Source of the DNA: a virus
Lineage: Duplodnaviria > Heunggongvirae > Uroviricota > Caudoviricetes
DNA: 38,589 nt
Strand: one strand, 5' to 3'
Virus record (IMG/VR): IMGVR_UViG_3300031857_000056
Coordinates: 1 to 38,589 of that record
Of the stretch, positions 5,120-14,380 are shown one piece after another. Under the pieces are notes generated by a model that saw nothing but the letters and a program-made list of their open reading frames with translations, was not told where the DNA came from and made no database searches. A program made the position numbers and the translations under genes. Within the stretch, counting starts at the first letter, position 1. Each line of letters begins with the position of its first letter.

Positions 5120-5489
5120 CGTCTTTGTACTTTCTTATATTTTTAATGTCAACTCCTACCTCATTTAATGTATTAAGAATGAAGTTAACGTCATTTACTT
5201 TTATAAATATCTTTTTGTCGGGTATTTCAATAGTTTTCTTATATTTTTTATTTTGACACTGCAATAGTATATCAACTAATCTAGCTCTTTTAACAGGATT
5301 TTTTATTTGATAATCCAACAGTGCTTTTTGTTGGTCTTCATAATTGTCAAAAGGATGATCACCCCATTCTTGTGGATTGCGTGCTCCTCCTTGTGTTGCT
5401 TCTAAAGCACCTGCTATACAGTCTCCCCAAGTGAAACAATATGAACTCCACGTATCACAAACTGACGCAAATGTATTAGTAACTGACAT
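5094..5489 (-). CDS. Hypothetical phage protein
   Basis: ORF track start is TTG at 5492; ATG at 5489 is more likely; overlaps the next gene by 26 nt. Confidence 0.55.
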   Translation of the reverse strand: MSVTNTFASVCDTWSSYCFTWGDCIAGALEATQGGARNPQEWGDHPFDNYEDQQKALLDYQIKNPVKRARLVDILLQCQNKKYKKTIEIPDKKIFIKVNDVNFILNTLNEVGVDIKNIRKYKDDELQNLLG

Positions 5490-5524
5490 CAACTATAAGT
5501 AGTTATTATATTTTCATATTTTAC

Positions 5525-5553
5525 TTGACCGCCACAAATATTTGATATATTAT
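5525..5553 (+). promoter_or_regulatory. sigma70-type promoter for the accessory operon
   Basis: TTGACC 5525-5530, 17-nt spacer, TATTAT 5548-5553, in the divergent intergenic region. Confidence 0.6.
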
Positions 5554-5563
5554 AGTAGATAAT

Positions 5564-5794
5564 ATGGCACATTTAATTAAACTAAATCAGTTGGATCTCA
5601 ATCACGATAATACACGCACTTATGTTCCTATTCTATTTAATTTGGATAGGGCCATTAGTATGGAACCCAGTGTAAGTGGTAAACACACAGCGATTATTAC
5701 AGCGCATAATGGTGCTGGTATTCGTGTAAAAGAAACATTGGATGAAATTCTGCATCTATCAAAGGGTTGCGTTAAAAACGTTTTAAACGGTTAA
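5564..5794 (+). CDS. Small protein with weak FlbD-like pattern
   Basis: IKLNQL...LFNLDRAISME...IRVKETLDEI pattern. Confidence 0.5.
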   Translation: MAHLIKLNQLDLNHDNTRTYVPILFNLDRAISMEPSVSGKHTAIITAHNGAGIRVKETLDEILHLSKGCVKNVLNG

Positions 5795-5797
5795 TAT

Positions 5798-6502
5798 ATG
5801 ATTAATATAAAGAATATCAATGTTTCTGCTTATAAAGAAGAGTTTGTTAAAAACAGACGAGTTGTAATAGATAACTTTTTGACAGAAGAATATGCTGAAA
5901 AGTTGTATAAGTACTATACAACCGAAATGAACAAAGAATATTGGTCTGCTACATATATGCCGTCACTTAGATATGAAGGTGATTGGGAGTGGTGGCAAAA
6001 TATTCCGGGTAATAGATATGTTATGGAACAAGCTTATCAACACGCTTGTAACGCTAGAGATAACAATTTATTCAGTTATTTTTTCTATAAAACTATGCCA
6101 GGTGTTATGGAAAAGGCTAAATCCGTTGTTTATGAAGAAACAATGGCTTTCTTTAACGGTAAAGAAATGATTGAGTTTATTAATAGTGTAACTGATTTGG
6201 AAATTACGATGGGAGACAAAACCTTTGTGAGTCGTTATGCTGAAAACTGCTTTTTGAGCAATCATACAGATGATGTTAACGGTAAATTGGCATTTGTGTG
6301 TCATTTGACCAAAGATTGGAATCCTGATTTTGGTGGGTTATATTTTGATTTGAGAGACAAAAACAATATCAGAGCGATCAATCCATCTTTTAATAAATTG
6401 GTAATTTTTGAAGTAACAGCTGGAGTAGCACCACATTGTGTAACACAGGTTGTTAATAACTCAAACAAAGAAAGAATAAGCGTATCTGGTTGGTATAATT
6501 AA
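5798..6502 (+). CDS. 2OG-Fe(II) oxygenase, prolyl-hydroxylase-like
   Basis: VVIDNFL; HTD...DWNPDFGG...PSFNKLVIF...PHCV...RISVSGW (HxD...H...R). Confidence 0.88.
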   Translation: MINIKNINVSAYKEEFVKNRRVVIDNFLTEEYAEKLYKYYTTEMNKEYWSATYMPSLRYEGDWEWWQNIPGNRYVMEQAYQHACNARDNNLFSYFFYKTMPGVMEKAKSVVYEETMAFFNGKEMIEFINSVTDLEITMGDKTFVSRYAENCFLSNHTDDVNGKLAFVCHLTKDWNPDFGGLYFDLRDKNNIRAINPSFNKLVIFEVTAGVAPHCVTQVVNNSNKERISVSGWYN

Positions 6503-6516
6503 TAAAATAAATTGTT

Positions 6517-7209
6517 ATGTATATTCCTGTAGAACACGAACACATTCCACTTGTAGTAATTGATAATTTTCTTCCCCGAGATTATGTTACTAAATTGTAT
6601 GAAGATTTTGTCAAGTTAAAGCCACATTTTGGTGTACCACATTGGAGTGGTGGTTACAATGATGGTGCTGCTTATAATCCAGATGAACCATTGAGTCCAT
6701 TGTGTACTGGACAAGATGTTTGGCTTCCATTTAACAATGATCAAGCTGAAAAGAACAAAGATTTGGGTTATTATGTATCAAATCTAAGCAAATATATCTT
6801 TCATCAGGGTATATTAGATTTTTTAACCCACGCTAAAAATGAAGAACTCACTGCTTATGCTAAGTACAGATACTTGTATAAGTACCACATCATTAATTAT
6901 GGTGATGGTGGTTATTATAACTGGCACCGAGATTTGTCAGTTAGTGGAATGACTTGGGATGGTGTAGATGTAAACAAACAAAATGCATTTACATTTGCAC
7001 TTACTTTGGTTAAAGATCCAAGTGTGATGAAGGGTGGAGAACAATACTTTATGTATAAAAACCATACATACAGATTGCCACTTACAAGCAATCAGTTAGC
7101 AATCTTTCCATCCACAGTGTTTCACGCTTGTAGTGAAATTACTGCTCCAAAGGATTTGGCTTGGGAAAACAAGAGATTCAACATACAGGCGTGGTTATGT
7201 CACGGTTAA
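6517..7209 (+). CDS. 2OG-Fe(II) oxygenase
   Basis: VVIDNFL; YNWHRD...GGEQYF...LAIFPSTVFHAC...RFNIQAW. Confidence 0.88.
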   Translation: MYIPVEHEHIPLVVIDNFLPRDYVTKLYEDFVKLKPHFGVPHWSGGYNDGAAYNPDEPLSPLCTGQDVWLPFNNDQAEKNKDLGYYVSNLSKYIFHQGILDFLTHAKNEELTAYAKYRYLYKYHIINYGDGGYYNWHRDLSVSGMTWDGVDVNKQNAFTFALTLVKDPSVMKGGEQYFMYKNHTYRLPLTSNQLAIFPSTVFHACSEITAPKDLAWENKRFNIQAWLCHG

Positions 7210-7212
7210 TAT

Positions 7213-7512
7213 ATGGAGTTTATTCACACATATTTGGGTTACAATAATAACCGAGACGAGTATAACTGTGAAATATTAAATAACAAGAAAAACTCGGTGG
7301 GTTTTTGTAAATATTATAAAAATAATAGTTATGATGAAATTGTGTGTATAGAATTCATAAACATACGATATGAACATCGTCGTAGAGGGTATGCTACGGC
7401 GTTGGTTAAAGAACTACAGAGTAGGTATACATTAAAATGGGATTATAGGTTTAGTGAGACTGGTAGAAAATGGTATGATGGATTGAGAAAAAAACAAGTG
7501 ATAACTGATTGA
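7213..7512 (+). CDS. GNAT-family acetyltransferase
   Basis: Motif A: IEFINIRYEHRRRGYATALVKEL. Confidence 0.75.
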   Translation: MEFIHTYLGYNNNRDEYNCEILNNKKNSVGFCKYYKNNSYDEIVCIEFINIRYEHRRRGYATALVKELQSRYTLKWDYRFSETGRKWYDGLRKKQVITD

Positions 7513-7554
7513 TTATTATATTTATTTCTATAATAACAATTTAAATTCACTATT

Positions 7555-8043
7555 ATGACCAAAGAAGATCTAAAACAACTAATTCAAGAAGTCTACGAAG
7601 AAGAAATGGCAGAAACCAAGAAAAAAGGTGCTGCTAAGGAAGAACCAAAGAAAGAAGCTCCTAAAGCTCCTAAAGCACCTGTGAAGAAAGCTGCTGAAGC
7701 TCCAAAAGCAGAAGATCCAAGCAAGATTACCAAGTCATTTGTCAAGACAATTGACAAACACGGTGATAAGAACAAATTTGCTGGTGACAAGGGTGATGCT
7801 GAATTATTTGGTAAAATCAAGAAAATTCTTACTCCATATGTTGGCAGAAGATTAGAAGAAGCTGATATTGATAAGATGATGGGAGAAATGGAATGTGATG
7901 AATGTTACGAAGAAGGTGCAAAACCTGATTTCTTAGATTTAGATAAAGATGGTAATAAGAAAGAACCAATGAAGAAAGCAGCAATGGATGCTAAGACCAG
8001 TAAAAAGTTAAAAGAAATTATAGAAAAAGCAAAAAACATTTAA
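7555..8043 (+). CDS. Charged Lys/Glu/Ala-rich phage protein with DxDxDG motif
   Basis: 162-aa ORF; KPDFLDLDKDGNKKEPMKKA. Confidence 0.7.
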   Translation: MTKEDLKQLIQEVYEEEMAETKKKGAAKEEPKKEAPKAPKAPVKKAAEAPKAEDPSKITKSFVKTIDKHGDKNKFAGDKGDAELFGKIKKILTPYVGRRLEEADIDKMMGEMECDECYEEGAKPDFLDLDKDGNKKEPMKKAAMDAKTSKKLKEIIEKAKNI

Positions 8044-8050
8044 ATTATTT

Positions 8051-8077
8051 AACCCGTCGTAAATGACGGGTTTTTTT
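8051..8077 (+). terminator. Intrinsic terminator
   Basis: AACCCGTC-GTAAAT-GACGGGTT followed by a T run. Confidence 0.88.
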
Positions 8078-8092
8078 GTGTAATAAAATAAT

Positions 8093-8266
8093 ATGAAAAC
8101 TCCGTGTAAAAGAATCTGTGTGGTTGTGGATGCTAAACTATGTGAAGGATGTGGTCGTACTTGGGAAGAGTTGCGAGAGTGGTCATTTTATAGTGATAAA
8201 CAACGTGATGAGATAATGGAACGGTTAAAACACTTTAAAAGTAAGCATAAGAGTAGATTTGATTAA
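8093..8266 (+). CDS. DUF1289-like small Cys protein (57 aa, absent from the ORF track)
   Basis: Hand translation MKTPCKRICVVVDAKLCEGCGRTWEELREWSFYSDKQRDEIMERLKHFKSKHKSRFD; PCxxxC...CxGCGRTxxE..W pattern. Confidence 0.8.
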   Translation: MKTPCKRICVVVDAKLCEGCGRTWEELREWSFYSDKQRDEIMERLKHFKSKHKSRFD

Positions 8267-8280
8267 TATTTATAACTACT

Positions 8281-9765
8281 ATGAAGCTATTTAGAGACTT
8301 ACTGTTAGAAAATCCAGATACTGTATATTATAAGAAAAAGACATATAGTTATCGTAGCCCAGCGAACAAATGTGCTTTTCTTGTATATAAAGATGAAAAG
8401 AGTGGTAAAAATGCTATATTTGGATATAGTCTTGTTAAAAAAGAATTTTATTGTGATGACCCCGAAGTTTTAAAGGATGTAGACGAACTATCCAAACAGC
8501 CAAGTCTCAAATTGGATACAAGTATGAATTCTGATAATCAGCTTGATTATTGGGGACAAAGAGCAATAACTAACTTAAAGAACAGTAATAGTGGGGGAGG
8601 TCATTTAGATATAGAAAATCTTTTAAAAGGTATAGGTAGATTTGGTATTTATGCTGATCCACTTTTGAAGGGTAGAATATTTGAGGTAGATGATGCTAAA
8701 GATGTGGTTGATGATTCTCATTTAAAGATTGAAACTACAATACCAAGTGGCAAAGGTATTATTGTAACATTCTGGGATTCTAAAAGAGATAGAATAATTA
8801 AGTATAAAGATCAATATGATAAGGTTATAGAGTTCAATGGATATGACCCCAAAGAATGTTTGTATGAACCAAGTATGAATTTTTATACATATGATAACTT
8901 TTACAACGATGGTCCATCAATATCGGAAAAACCTTCACGAACTACCACTTCAAATACTACTGATACTACTTCTAGGAACTTACAAACTGGAGGTAATCCA
9001 GTCAGTTTCAAAGTGGGTGATAATGTGAAAGTTAGAGGAATGAAGACTTCTGGAGTGGTTGTATCTATTGCCGGAGATAAAATTACTATAAGAATAACGG
9101 ATACAGATGTTGAAGGTGTTAGTGTTGGTTCTGAAAAAACGTTTTCTTCTTGGTTTTTGGAACCTGTTGTCATTAATAATACAGAATTTAAAGTGGGTGA
9201 TAAAGTAAAATACAAAGGTTATGACACATATGGTGAAATAAAATTTATTGATGGAAATACTATTATTGTTAAAATAAATCAGTCTGATATTCCTCTTATG
9301 CCTGTAGGTGTAAGTTTTAGTTTTCCGCCATCTGCTTTGGAACTTGATAAAAGAACTCAAGGTGAGACGATTGAGAAAGTAGTTGATGATAAGACTCAAG
9401 AGTTTGTTGAAAAACGAGGTAAACTACATTCAACGGGTGCTACATTTACTCCAACGGAAAAACAAAATTTAGAAAAAGAAGTAGATAGTTTGGAAATTGA
9501 AATCAAGATACTAAACGATCTATTGAATGCTGGTATAAAAAACTATACAGATAATGTAAAAGATGTGGTTGCTAAATCTATTCAACGCAAACTACACGCC
9601 ATGTCAAAAGAAAAACAAGATAGATATAGTTTGATAGCCCAAGCTGAAAAGCAATATGGTATGCCTATTGCACAAATAAGACAAAAGTATAGAAATGTGC
9701 CATTGGATCAATTGGTTAAGAAAGAATCGTTATATAAGAAACTATTAAAGGCATTAAGAGGATGA
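8281..9765 (+). CDS. Hypothetical phage protein with two KOW/SH3-like repeats
   Basis: FKVGDNVKV and FKVGDKVKY modules; coiled-coil-like C-terminus. Confidence 0.7.
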   Translation: MKLFRDLLLENPDTVYYKKKTYSYRSPANKCAFLVYKDEKSGKNAIFGYSLVKKEFYCDDPEVLKDVDELSKQPSLKLDTSMNSDNQLDYWGQRAITNLKNSNSGGGHLDIENLLKGIGRFGIYADPLLKGRIFEVDDAKDVVDDSHLKIETTIPSGKGIIVTFWDSKRDRIIKYKDQYDKVIEFNGYDPKECLYEPSMNFYTYDNFYNDGPSISEKPSRTTTSNTTDTTSRNLQTGGNPVSFKVGDNVKVRGMKTSGVVVSIAGDKITIRITDTDVEGVSVGSEKTFSSWFLEPVVINNTEFKVGDKVKYKGYDTYGEIKFIDGNTIIVKINQSDIPLMPVGVSFSFPPSALELDKRTQGETIEKVVDDKTQEFVEKRGKLHSTGATFTPTEKQNLEKEVDSLEIEIKILNDLLNAGIKNYTDNVKDVVAKSIQRKLHAMSKEKQDRYSLIAQAEKQYGMPIAQIRQKYRNVPLDQLVKKESLYKKLLKALRG

Positions 9766-10778
9766 AAACAAAGAAATTACGCATTTTCGATTTGGATGAT
9801 ACACTTTTTGAAACTGAAGCTAAAGTTATTGTTACTTCATCGAATGGTACTAGTAGAGAAATTACCCCAGCTGAATATGCTGTATACGAACCACAACCAG
9901 GCGATAAGTTTGATTTTAGTCAATTTCAAACACTTATCAACCCAACACTAATTCGTTCAATTGGTAAACGATTTTATAAGATAGTTACATCTTCGAATGG
10001 TGATCGTAAGACGGTGATATTGACGGCTAGAGGTTCTGAAGCAGCCCCACACATAAGAGATATAATTAGAAAGTACTTTAGAGTGGATATTGAAGTGATT
10101 ACTCTTGGTACTGGCGATCCTATGGCTAAAGCTAATTGGATATTGAACAAAATACAAAATGAGAGTTACAATGATATATTCTTTGTGGATGATAGCAGCA
10201 AGAATATATTGGCTACCTATAGAACTATTAGTAACTTACCTATTAAGTATAAGTTAGTTGATATTACTACCCCACGTAAATATGAGGGTAACAATCTTCC
10301 AACTACCAATAGTTTAACTGAGATGTTAAAGAATGTGGTTGATAAAGAAAGACTTAAAAAGGCTTATAAGTTTTTTGTTAACAAGTTAAGTTTACCCAGT
10401 GGAAAAATCAAGTTAGAGTTTGGTAGTTTAGAAGATGATGTGCAAGGTAAGGTAAAAGTGGAGGGTGATGGAAAGCCATATAAAGTGAAGAAATATACAA
10501 TTATTATGAGAACAAACAGTCCTCATAGCAGTGATGATCAAATCAAGACATTGGCGCACGAGTGTTGGCACATTAAGCAAGTGGAAGATGGTAAATTAAA
10601 TACATTTGATAATAGTTGGGAAGGTAAAGTATATCCTAGATACAAAGACAATGATCCAAAAGAAAAGACTTTGCCTTGGGAAGTTGATGCTAGAGCAAAT
10701 GCTGAAGAGTTGTATTTGGATTATAACAGATATGCTAGAGAAACAGGCGCTGCTAAAAAGATTATAAAGATTAAATAA
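9762..10778 (+). CDS. HAD-superfamily phosphatase-like domain fused to an HExxH metallopeptidase-like domain
   Basis: IFDLDDTL, ILTARG and FVDD motifs; LAHECWHIKQ...PWEVDA. Confidence 0.75.
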   Translation: MKTKKLRIFDLDDTLFETEAKVIVTSSNGTSREITPAEYAVYEPQPGDKFDFSQFQTLINPTLIRSIGKRFYKIVTSSNGDRKTVILTARGSEAAPHIRDIIRKYFRVDIEVITLGTGDPMAKANWILNKIQNESYNDIFFVDDSSKNILATYRTISNLPIKYKLVDITTPRKYEGNNLPTTNSLTEMLKNVVDKERLKKAYKFFVNKLSLPSGKIKLEFGSLEDDVQGKVKVEGDGKPYKVKKYTIIMRTNSPHSSDDQIKTLAHECWHIKQVEDGKLNTFDNSWEGKVYPRYKDNDPKEKTLPWEVDARANAEELYLDYNRYARETGAAKKIIKIK

Positions 10779-10779
10779 T

Positions 10780-11979
10780 ATGTTAATCGACTCACCACTT
10801 GTTAAAGATGGAGTAATGTCTGGGTCCAGTATATTTACGGGATCGATAAATATAAGACCCAGCGATTTGACTATACAGTCAAATGCTGTATATCTAACTT
10901 TAGATAATAATACAGGTAAAATAGGAAAATCACCTGTTATATCAACAACCACAAGTGGCACATCCGGCACTGCTGGAACTGCGGGTACAGCAGGTACTAG
11001 TGCTACAGCCGGTACAAGCGGTTTGACTGGATATCCAGGTAGTAGTGGTACTAGTGGTGTTGGATCTACATTATATACTGGTAGCACTTATCCTATTACT
11101 GCAAGTTGGGCAATTACAGCTAGTTATGCATTGAATGCGAATGCTGGTGGTACTCAGTTATATACTGCCAGTACATATCCTATCACTGCGAGTTGGGCGG
11201 TAAGTTCTAGTTATGCTTTATATGCACTGAGTGGTGGTACTCAATTATTTACGGGTAGCACTTATCCAATAACTGCAAGTTGGGCTTTATATGCGATAAG
11301 TGGCGGTACAAAGTTATTTACTGGCAGTACTTATCCTATAACTTCCAGTTGGGGTATTACTGCTAGTTATGCTTTGAATAGTGGTACTAGTACCGCTGTA
11401 TTGTTTACTTCTTCATTTTTTAAAGGTGAGGTTTTATCTAAAATAACTTGTTCTGCTTATTATTCGTATTATCATTTAAGTACCCAAAATGATTTAAATA
11501 TAAGACTTACTGGTAGCAAAATTCCCTCTGCTTTTTCTATAAGATTAGTAAATAGTGGCAGTATCAGTCATCGTGTAAGATTATCTCCATATAATACTAT
11601 TGAATGGGCTGGTGTTGCTAGTGGATTTGATAATACTGGGTCCATATTGATGGCGGGTAATCAAGAATTATTTTTCTCATTCATTTTTTATGATAACGCT
11701 GCTATTGGTAGACCTGTAAGTAAATCTATAGCATTTATAACTGATTTAAAAACACCTGGTTTACAAAACAAAACTACAGCTCAGAATTTGTATATATTGG
11801 GTGAAGGTTTATCAGGAATGGTATCTGGTAGCATAAATGATCCAAATACATACATATTTACAGCTGATGGAGGTGGTACTGAACCATCTGCGGCTGGATT
11901 AACCAGCAAAGCTTTTTGGGGGTGGATGCCAGTTTATGTAGAAGGATATGGTAGAAAATTCTTACCTCTATATGAATAA
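10780..11979 (+). CDS. Fibre/virion structural protein
   Basis: Gly-Thr-Ser/Ala repeats and four (Y/F)T(G/A)STYPIT(A/S)SW repeats. Confidence 0.65.
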   Translation: MLIDSPLVKDGVMSGSSIFTGSINIRPSDLTIQSNAVYLTLDNNTGKIGKSPVISTTTSGTSGTAGTAGTAGTSATAGTSGLTGYPGSSGTSGVGSTLYTGSTYPITASWAITASYALNANAGGTQLYTASTYPITASWAVSSSYALYALSGGTQLFTGSTYPITASWALYAISGGTKLFTGSTYPITSSWGITASYALNSGTSTAVLFTSSFFKGEVLSKITCSAYYSYYHLSTQNDLNIRLTGSKIPSAFSIRLVNSGSISHRVRLSPYNTIEWAGVASGFDNTGSILMAGNQELFFSFIFYDNAAIGRPVSKSIAFITDLKTPGLQNKTTAQNLYILGEGLSGMVSGSINDPNTYIFTADGGGTEPSAAGLTSKAFWGWMPVYVEGYGRKFLPLYE

Positions 11980-12027
11980 ATAAATATTAAGTATATCTTC
12001 TTTCTATTTATAACTATAACATTATCT

Positions 12028-14103
12028 ATGACAAACACACGTGTAGAAAAAGAACAAACAGTAACATTACACAGAACGGTAAAAGGTTTTTATAAAGCCT
12101 CTGTAATGGGCGTTGATGAAAACAATCAGGTCAGCGAACAATTTTCAACAGGTTGGAAACCCAACACAATTTTAAACACTGGTTTGGACAAAATTGCTTA
12201 TATGCCATGGGCACAAGTGTTTCAATTTTGTTTGGTTGGTGATTATCCATATGGTCCAACTGACACATTGACTGCTTCTTTTAGTGAAAAGATGTTGAAA
12301 AGACCAAGAAAAATCAACGCTTTTTATCTAACTGGCGAAAATAACTGTGGTCATAAAGTTTCTGGTAGTCTGGTCAGATTATACAGAACATTCGATTTTT
12401 ACAAAGAATTAGATAATACCACATACACTGAAGTTGGTTTCAAAGAAACACCTGCTGCAACTACATTGTTTAGCAAAATTCGTTTGGATCCACCAATTAC
12501 TTTGCACGCTGGTCAATATCTTCGTGTAAACTACGAATTGCGTGTAAATATGAGTCCATTCAGCAGCAGTGTGGGTGGTAGAATTCCAGCTCAATATCCT
12601 TCTTTTACTGGTTGGACAACTGGTTCACTAGACAGAGAAGCAATTCAAAAGATCGGTTTGTGTGGCATTGATAGTGGTAGTGGTTTGGCAATTCCAATTG
12701 ATGAAGGTGGTTTTTGTAACGAACCATTTGCTCCTGGCCAAATAAGCTTTGGACCTGGCTTTGGTTTCGTAAATAGATATTATAACGGATCTAATGTAAA
12801 CTATGTTCCTACAGGTTCATTTTTCCCAGCTGTAAGTTATGAACCAAATCCATTCAAAGCAGTTGGTCCGCTTCAAGAATTTTTTGCGAATTATCAAAAT
12901 CCATATCAATTTTTGGATTTGGGTATATCTGCTAGTTTGAGTGTTAACAACGGTAGATACAGTGGAAGTTATTGTATTCCAAATATAGCCGCATACAAAC
13001 CAAGAAATTATTTTACCAGTGATTTATTTTATCAACTATCAGAAATATTTTCTAACTTGTATACCAGTTATGGTACAAATTGGGCAGTTGATCCTCCAGG
13101 CGCTGGTGGTAGTGGACAAGGTGATACTACAGAAACTGAAGGAACTTATTACGTTAGTCAACAAAATACTGATAATCCCAACACCGGTCAGTGGGGATTC
13201 AAAACTGGCGTAACAATTGCAGACACAGCTGTATACTATAGTTCAAATAGATTTACAAAATTAGATAATTTGTGGACTCCATATTCTAAATTGGCTACAC
13301 TAACTAGCGTACCTGGTGCAACACCTACGTTAAGTACCAACAACAACAATACCAATTTGTTTAATGATTTCTTTTACGATCCATCTATGCAAAATAGTGG
13401 AAGTTTGAGCTTTCCAAAATTTCCAAGTAGATTGATGGTGCCAGGAGGCAGAGGTACAGGATCCAAATATGAAATAGAAGAAAGTCCCGCTACACAACAA
13501 ACAGTTGATGGTAAAAAGATGATAGCTGGTGATGGTATTATAGACAAGAAAATACCAAATTATTTCGTTTATTGGGATGATTGGAATCCATATCAAACCA
13601 CCGCTTCATTAGCAAATATGCCATTGTGGGTAAGACGCACAGGTTGGACAGGTACACCTTCTCCAACAAGTGGACGTAAAGTTGGTACAAACTATTATGT
13701 ACGTGGAAGCAGTTGTTTTCTATCAACATTTAGTGGATCTGCTACATCTTCGTTTAATGCACGTGATAGATCTAGAAATTCAACCACCAAGATATTTTCA
13801 GTTGAATTGCCAATGTATTTGAATCCATATACTCAAAGTACTTATACAAGAGACAAAGTGGTTATTTTTAGCAATGGTGTTGCTAATAATGAAGATATTC
13901 CAACTTTATATAGACCAGATCCAGCTGTTGCTCCGTTGTGGAGAACAATTGGTGTGGGTCCAACCAGTATTAACTTGACACCTGAGGCGATGAATGATGC
14001 GGCTAAGAACAATGGTTATGTGTATGTATTGCAAAATGGACAAACCAAGAGCAAAGATTATTCATTGAAGATGGTGTTTAGATACACTTGGGGTAGAGGT
14101 TAA
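12028..14103 (+). CDS. Probable tail/baseplate structural protein
   Basis: 691 aa; TILNTGLD...YTEVGF...LFSKI...LRVNYEL pattern typical of tail/baseplate fibre-anchor domains; structural context. Confidence 0.55.
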   Translation: MTNTRVEKEQTVTLHRTVKGFYKASVMGVDENNQVSEQFSTGWKPNTILNTGLDKIAYMPWAQVFQFCLVGDYPYGPTDTLTASFSEKMLKRPRKINAFYLTGENNCGHKVSGSLVRLYRTFDFYKELDNTTYTEVGFKETPAATTLFSKIRLDPPITLHAGQYLRVNYELRVNMSPFSSSVGGRIPAQYPSFTGWTTGSLDREAIQKIGLCGIDSGSGLAIPIDEGGFCNEPFAPGQISFGPGFGFVNRYYNGSNVNYVPTGSFFPAVSYEPNPFKAVGPLQEFFANYQNPYQFLDLGISASLSVNNGRYSGSYCIPNIAAYKPRNYFTSDLFYQLSEIFSNLYTSYGTNWAVDPPGAGGSGQGDTTETEGTYYVSQQNTDNPNTGQWGFKTGVTIADTAVYYSSNRFTKLDNLWTPYSKLATLTSVPGATPTLSTNNNNTNLFNDFFYDPSMQNSGSLSFPKFPSRLMVPGGRGTGSKYEIEESPATQQTVDGKKMIAGDGIIDKKIPNYFVYWDDWNPYQTTASLANMPLWVRRTGWTGTPSPTSGRKVGTNYYVRGSSCFLSTFSGSATSSFNARDRSRNSTTKIFSVELPMYLNPYTQSTYTRDKVVIFSNGVANNEDIPTLYRPDPAVAPLWRTIGVGPTSINLTPEAMNDAAKNNGYVYVLQNGQTKSKDYSLKMVFRYTWGRG

Positions 14104-14120
14104 TTATAAAATAACTTGTT

Positions 14121-14342
14121 ATGGCATATATTTTAGTAAATACAGGATCTATTGCTAATAGTGATACTGCTGATACTATCAGAGAAGGTTTTCATAAAGT
14201 AAACAGTAACTTTATTAGTTTAAATACCAGCGGCATCACCAGTTCAATTAACTTGGCTGGTGCTGCTGGAGGTAGCAGTGGATTGTATTTACCAATTGTT
14301 ATAAATGGTACCACGTATAAAATACTATTAAACAATAATTGA
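14121..14342 (+). CDS. Mini-protein with T4 gp9/gp10-like N-terminal motif
   Basis: VNTGSIANSDTADTIREGFHKVNSNF resembles INIG..NDGTGD.LR.AF.K.N.NF. Confidence 0.6.
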   Translation: MAYILVNTGSIANSDTADTIREGFHKVNSNFISLNTSGITSSINLAGAAGGSSGLYLPIVINGTTYKILLNNN

Positions 14343-14380
14343 ATAGATTATTGGTGGTACTATTTATATGTTAGTAAATT

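Noticed and set aside
5973-6304. Overlapping ORFs within the first oxygenase; likewise 2964-3179, 3596-3949, 4802-5002, 8901-9399 and 23084-23624
   Set aside because: Short alternate-frame or antisense ORFs inside well-supported genes, without recognisable motifs.
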